64,000 nt of DNA, taken from assembly GCF_009914755.1 (NCBI RefSeq), contig NC_060948.1; one strand, 5' to 3'. The DNA comes from the human T2T-CHM13v2.0 reference genome, Homo sapiens. Both the position numbers and the translations under genes were made by a program. The notes beneath the pieces were generated by a model. The model saw only the letters and a program-made list of their open reading frames with translations, was not told where the DNA came from and did not search any database. Positions 59,481 through 64,000 of the stretch are shown in pieces (position 1 is the stretch's first letter; each line of letters starts with the position of its first letter).

Positions 59481-62284
59481 TAAATGCCCGAGCATTTTCA
59501 ACATATAGAAAAGTTGAAACAATTGTAGTCAACATTTACATACCTACCACCTAGATTTCACGATTACATTTGTATTATACATACTTCATCATTTTTGTCT
59601 GTCCATCTATTCATCTATCTTGCTTTTTTTTTTTTTTTTTTTTTTTTGTATTTCAAAGTAAATTGCAGACACCCATATTTTCCCCTAAGTATACTCTACT
59701 TTTGAGCTAGAAGTCTGGCCTCTTACACACCTGACCATGCTTCTGTGTCCTAATTTGACCTGTTACTTTTTAATAGCTGACAACCTTCAGCTTATTGGTG
59801 ATCAACTGGCAGATGCTTATCCTAAGCATATAAAGTTTGAGTCTTTAGAAATAAAGCTAAATGAAGATAAGAGAGAAATAGAAAAGCAACTTCTGGCAGA
59901 AATGTGTCAAAAGGTAATCTTTATCTTGTTACAGTTAATAAGGCATGTTTTTGTTGGCCATCTAAAGATTTAATCTTAGATATACTAAAAAATACCTGGA
60001 ATTTTTAATAAAAAATAGGGTACTTCACTGTTTTGCATATCAATTTTTTTCTGATGAGATTTGTTTATTCCTTTTGATTCAGTCCTACAAATACAGCAAA
60101 TGGTATAAAATGATAGATTAAATAAATATAACACATTTGGACAGAACATTAATGTGGAGACTAGCTGTGGAGGGAGAATCTGTTACTGCACTTATATTAT
60201 AATGATTGGAACTTTTATATTTGTAATCAATTCACAATTGAAGTTTTTTATGAAAGTTATAATAGAGTGTGAGAAGGAATTATCTATGTTCTGAAATGAT
60301 TTTGAGAAAGCTTGTCAAGCGGAATCTGAAAACTTTATTCTTTGGAAAAAGAGTACCCTTGAGAGACATCAAAAGCACCAAGAGGTGGTATTTACAAATA
60401 TTTTACTGGGTGGCTATTTCCTACAGCTGTTACTGGATTGACTCAAGGAATGAGATGTTACAATTGATGGAACAAGGTCCCAGAAGAGCAGTAGGGACTG
60501 TGGCCAAGACTGAAAATAAAAGAATGATGGGCCTTGAAAAGGATACAGATTTGCATCCTTTGAGTCTTCTGGAAATGCAAGATTTGCAGAGGTGATCAGC
60601 CAAGTTGGAATTATGAGAAACACACTCTAAAAAACTTCATCTTCTCAGGCAAATTAAGGAGATAGATGAAAGGTTTCAGGAGCAGCTTGGAGGTGCAGAG
60701 TAGCTCATGTGGGTAATGTATGAACAGCTCTTTACAGCAGAGCAGACTGATTACCTGTACTGAAGGCCCAGCTGTGGTGGGGGTAACCCTGGAAGTGAGA
60801 GAGACAAAACCACATGTTTGTAGGCAAGTTTTCTGTTCTACCTCTGGGGAGGAATTTTAAGGGTCTCTCTTGCTGTCCCTTTCAGTGAGGGTGGAAAGAT
60901 GGAGATGCTTGGGAAGTGGAGATTTGCAGAACATAATTCAATGTCCTTGAGAAAGGCAGCCTATCTCATGAAGATTCCCTGGATCTCCTGTGTAGTGATG
61001 GTAAGCAGAGGAGAGGGCAGGTGGCTGGTAACCTAGGGGGAAAGGGAGGGTTGAGTGGTAGTTTCAGTGATAAAGAACTAGATCTGGAGAGACTGGCAAG
61101 TGGAAGAATAAAGATGGTCCAGGAGTGCAGAACTGCAGAATGAGGTTTCAGGTAGAGAGTGGAAGTCAAAGGTACTGTGCTGCCATTGGATGGAGCCATG
61201 GAAATGAGCAAGAGTAAAGATCCCTGGAGTGAAGGAGTCACCAGGGCCCCAAGGGTCATCCATGTGGCCATTTGATCTCATCACCAGGAAAGTAACTTGA
61301 AAGGAGATGAAGGGGATGAGGAGTGGCAGGGAGTTTGTGTTGGCAAGTTGGGTTGGATCTACTCCTTTAAGAAATTGTATTCCTTTTCCATGTGAATGTC
61401 TTAGACCACACAGGATTCACAGCAGTATTTCAAACATACATCTAAAACTGCTGCTGCCAGATGTTAAAAGTAGGAAGTCTTCCCCCTAGTGCCCACTCTT
61501 GCTTGGAGCTTCTCAATGAGACATAGTTGTTTAATGCTAAGGGCACTCACTCTAAAATTTTCCATAGCATTTCTGGAAATTCAGCTTGCTTCAGTTATAA
61601 AATTGAATGTTGGATGCACAGATCTTAGAGATGATTAGATTGTGTTTAGACTAATAACTTCATCTTCAAGATAGGTGACTGACTAAGTTTCTGTTTATTC
61701 AACCGTGAATATCTGAAGCCTTTGAGGAAGATTGTCATTCTCATAAAAACCACCATGCCTGTATTTCCCCACCTGCAATATCAATCCTGTCTCTCTCTGA
61801 TAAAACCATAGTGTCATTCAAGGCCCAGCTTTGGTGTCACCCCTGAGATGCCTTCCCTGACTCCCACTGAGCAACTCATTTAGGTCTTATTCCTGTCTGC
61901 AGTCTTTATTTACCTCAGTTATAAAATTATCCTATCTTAGCGTGATTGTTTCTCCCTGACTATACTGTGAGGTCTTCAGAGATGAGGACTACATCGGTCT
62001 ACATTTTTATATCAAGTTCCTAGTATGCTGCTTGATATATGATAGAGAGTAAATTCTTACTCTGTGAAGACATAAGTGTAATGTTGGCTCATTCATTTAT
62101 AAGTTCATGTGAGCTTACTAACTCTGAATCACAATGACTCATGAACATTTAGATGACTCAGAAACATTCAGGCAGCACCACCACTAAAATCCATGGGGAT
62201 TTTATTCCTTTGGAGTTTTATTTCTGAATGTACATTTTGTTTATTTATTTTCCTGAAGAACTTCCCAAATTTTAGTTAAGGGGG

Positions 62285-62565
62285 CTAGGTCTGGTGGCTC
62301 GTGCTTATAGTTTTAGCACTTTGAGAGGCTGAGATGGGGATCTCATTTGAGCTCAGAGGTTCAACACCAGTCTGGGCAGCATGGCACCACCTCATCTCTA
62401 AAAAAAAATTAGGGGAACTCGGTGATGTGTGTTTGTAGTCTCAGCTACTCAGAAGACTGAGGTAGGATGATGCCTTGAGTCTGGGAGGCAGAGGTTGCAT
62501 TTACCCAAAATCACAACACTGCACTCAAGCCTGAGCAACAGAGCAGAACCGAGTCTCAAAACAAA
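62285..62565 (+). mobile_element. Alu (AluJ-like)
   Basis: gctaggtctggtggctcgtgc...gcctgagcaacagagcagaacc. Confidence 0.85.
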
Positions 62566-62727
62566 GATTACCTAAAATTACCTAAGGGACTGAGATATGT
62601 TAATTAAGTAGCATAGATTACACGGGGATGTTAACAATATATGGAAATGTACTTTAACAGAAATTGGGAGAGTAAATGTAAATACATGTGCCGCTGGAAT
62701 AGCTAGTTGAGGAAGACATTGAATTGG

Positions 62728-63452
62728 ATTTTTTTTTTTTTGAGATGCAGTTTTAATCTTTTGCCCAGGCTGGAGTGCAATGGTACTACCTCAACTCACT
62801 GAAACCTCTGCCTCCCAGGTTCAAGTGATTCTCCTACCTCAGCTTTCCAGTTAGCTGGGATTAAAGGTGCCGACCACCTTACCCAGTTAATTTTTGTAAT
62901 TTTTGTAGAGATTGTGGTTTCACCATATTGGGAAAGGCTGGTCTCAAGCTTTTGACCTCAGGTGATCAGCCTGTTTTGGCCTCACAAAGGGCTAGGATTA
63001 CAGCAGTGAATCACCATGCCCAGCTGAGTAGGAATCACTTGAAGGGGAAATTGTATTCTTAATTTCTGTACTTTGTTTTTTGGAATTTAGTTAGAAGTAT
63101 ATTTATTTCAATTTGTTCTGCTTCCATTAACTTTCTTGCTAAAACTTTTTTTTTTTTTTTTTTTTTTGAGAAATAGTCTTGCTCTGTCACCCAGGCTGGA
63201 GTACAGTGGTGTGATGTCGGCTCATTGCAAATTCTGCCTGTCAATTTCAAGCAATTTCCTGCCTCAACCTCCTGAGTAGCTGGAATTACAGGTGCCTGCC
63301 ACCATGCCCAGGTAACTTTTGTATTTTCAGTAGAGATGGGGTTTTGCCACCTTGGCCGGTGTGATCTTCATCTCCTGACCTCGTGACCTATCTGCCTCTG
63401 CCTCAGTCTCCCAAAATGCTGGGATTACAAGCATGAGCCACAACAATCGGCC
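62728..63452 (-). mobile_element. Two tandem Alus (62728-63025, 63146-63452)
   Basis: Minus-strand Alu dimers with T tails. Confidence 0.9.
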
Positions 63453-64000
63453 AAAATTAATGCTTTTTTACAGATTGAAACAAGAAAATCTATGCTCAAA
63501 GCCTTGTTTTACTAAAAGATATAGATTTGTTAAGAGGAAAAAAGGCAAAGCTAAAGCAGAGAGTTGAAGCTTTTGAATTATGCATATGCATGTTTATCTT
63601 GAATCTTCGGAATGATGAGATTAAAAAGAATTACTAAATATATGTCTAAATATTGTAATGTTTACTGACAAGTAGAATTATTTTTTATAAAGGTGATCTC
63701 ACCCAGCATTAGAAGTTACACATTAACAGAAACAAATATTAGGTCTGTGCTTTTGAAATATTAAACGTTAACATGAAATGCTATCACTAGGCTACAGTAA
63801 CACCAAATAGAAAATTTGGAGAAGCTGTATGACACTTGAACAGATCATACATTTTAAAGTTAACTTCAGACCTTCAGGTCTGATATTTTTGTGTGTTTAT
63901 GTATTGTAGCCGAATTCCAAATATCCAGGCCTGAAGCTTTTACCTGCTCTGTGCTCAAAAAAGGAAGTATTGTGGTTTGACTTGTACTGGATGAAACTAT

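Larger units (their letters stand above)
53990..63579 (+). pseudogene. OFD1P1Y: OFD1 unprocessed pseudogene: exon 1 remnant to ~54182; exons 54356-54454, 55675-55875, 58070-58137, 58223-58253, 59777-59913, ~60238-60384, 63474-63579; probably continues past the window
   Basis: [33 protein letters not shown] | TQIQNQLIYE*MHPEL...VADH*QRCGYESSLSVFFPE (LisH) | VFTMQD.. | VSGFDKENQK | [45 protein letters not shown] | ..[12 protein letters not shown].. | [19 protein letters not shown]. Stops, indels and lost splice sites. The numbered symbol is recalled and arm-dependent. Confidence 0.95.

Overview
Primate (most likely human) AT-rich, repeat-dense genomic DNA with no clearly intact conventional gene. 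It is a mosaic of decayed duplicated genes typical of the ampliconic Y chromosome. From recall, it matches the XKRY neighbourhood of Yq11 palindrome P5; the two near-identical arms cannot be told apart from sequence alone. In order it contains: a full-length processed ACTG1 pseudogene nested in an old L1; the XKRY ORF plus a decayed upstream XKR3-like first coding exon; two convergent USP9X/Y exon clusters, one split by a ~580 bp AT-rich expansion and one interrupted by a U1 snRNA retrocopy; an ERVL-type pol relic; and, from ~37.9 kb to the end, an unprocessed copy of the Xp22 block RAB9A(3' end)-TRAPPC2-OFD1. That block keeps the head-to-head promoter and the U12 AT-AC intron, and carries an internally deleted L1PA3/4 with an extended ORF0 aimed at the OFD1 pseudo-exons. 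I found no evidence for a new biological system; the best leads are testable structural or chimeric features. Identifications rest on recalled reference sequences and by-eye alignment, not database searches. Repeat boundaries are approximate.
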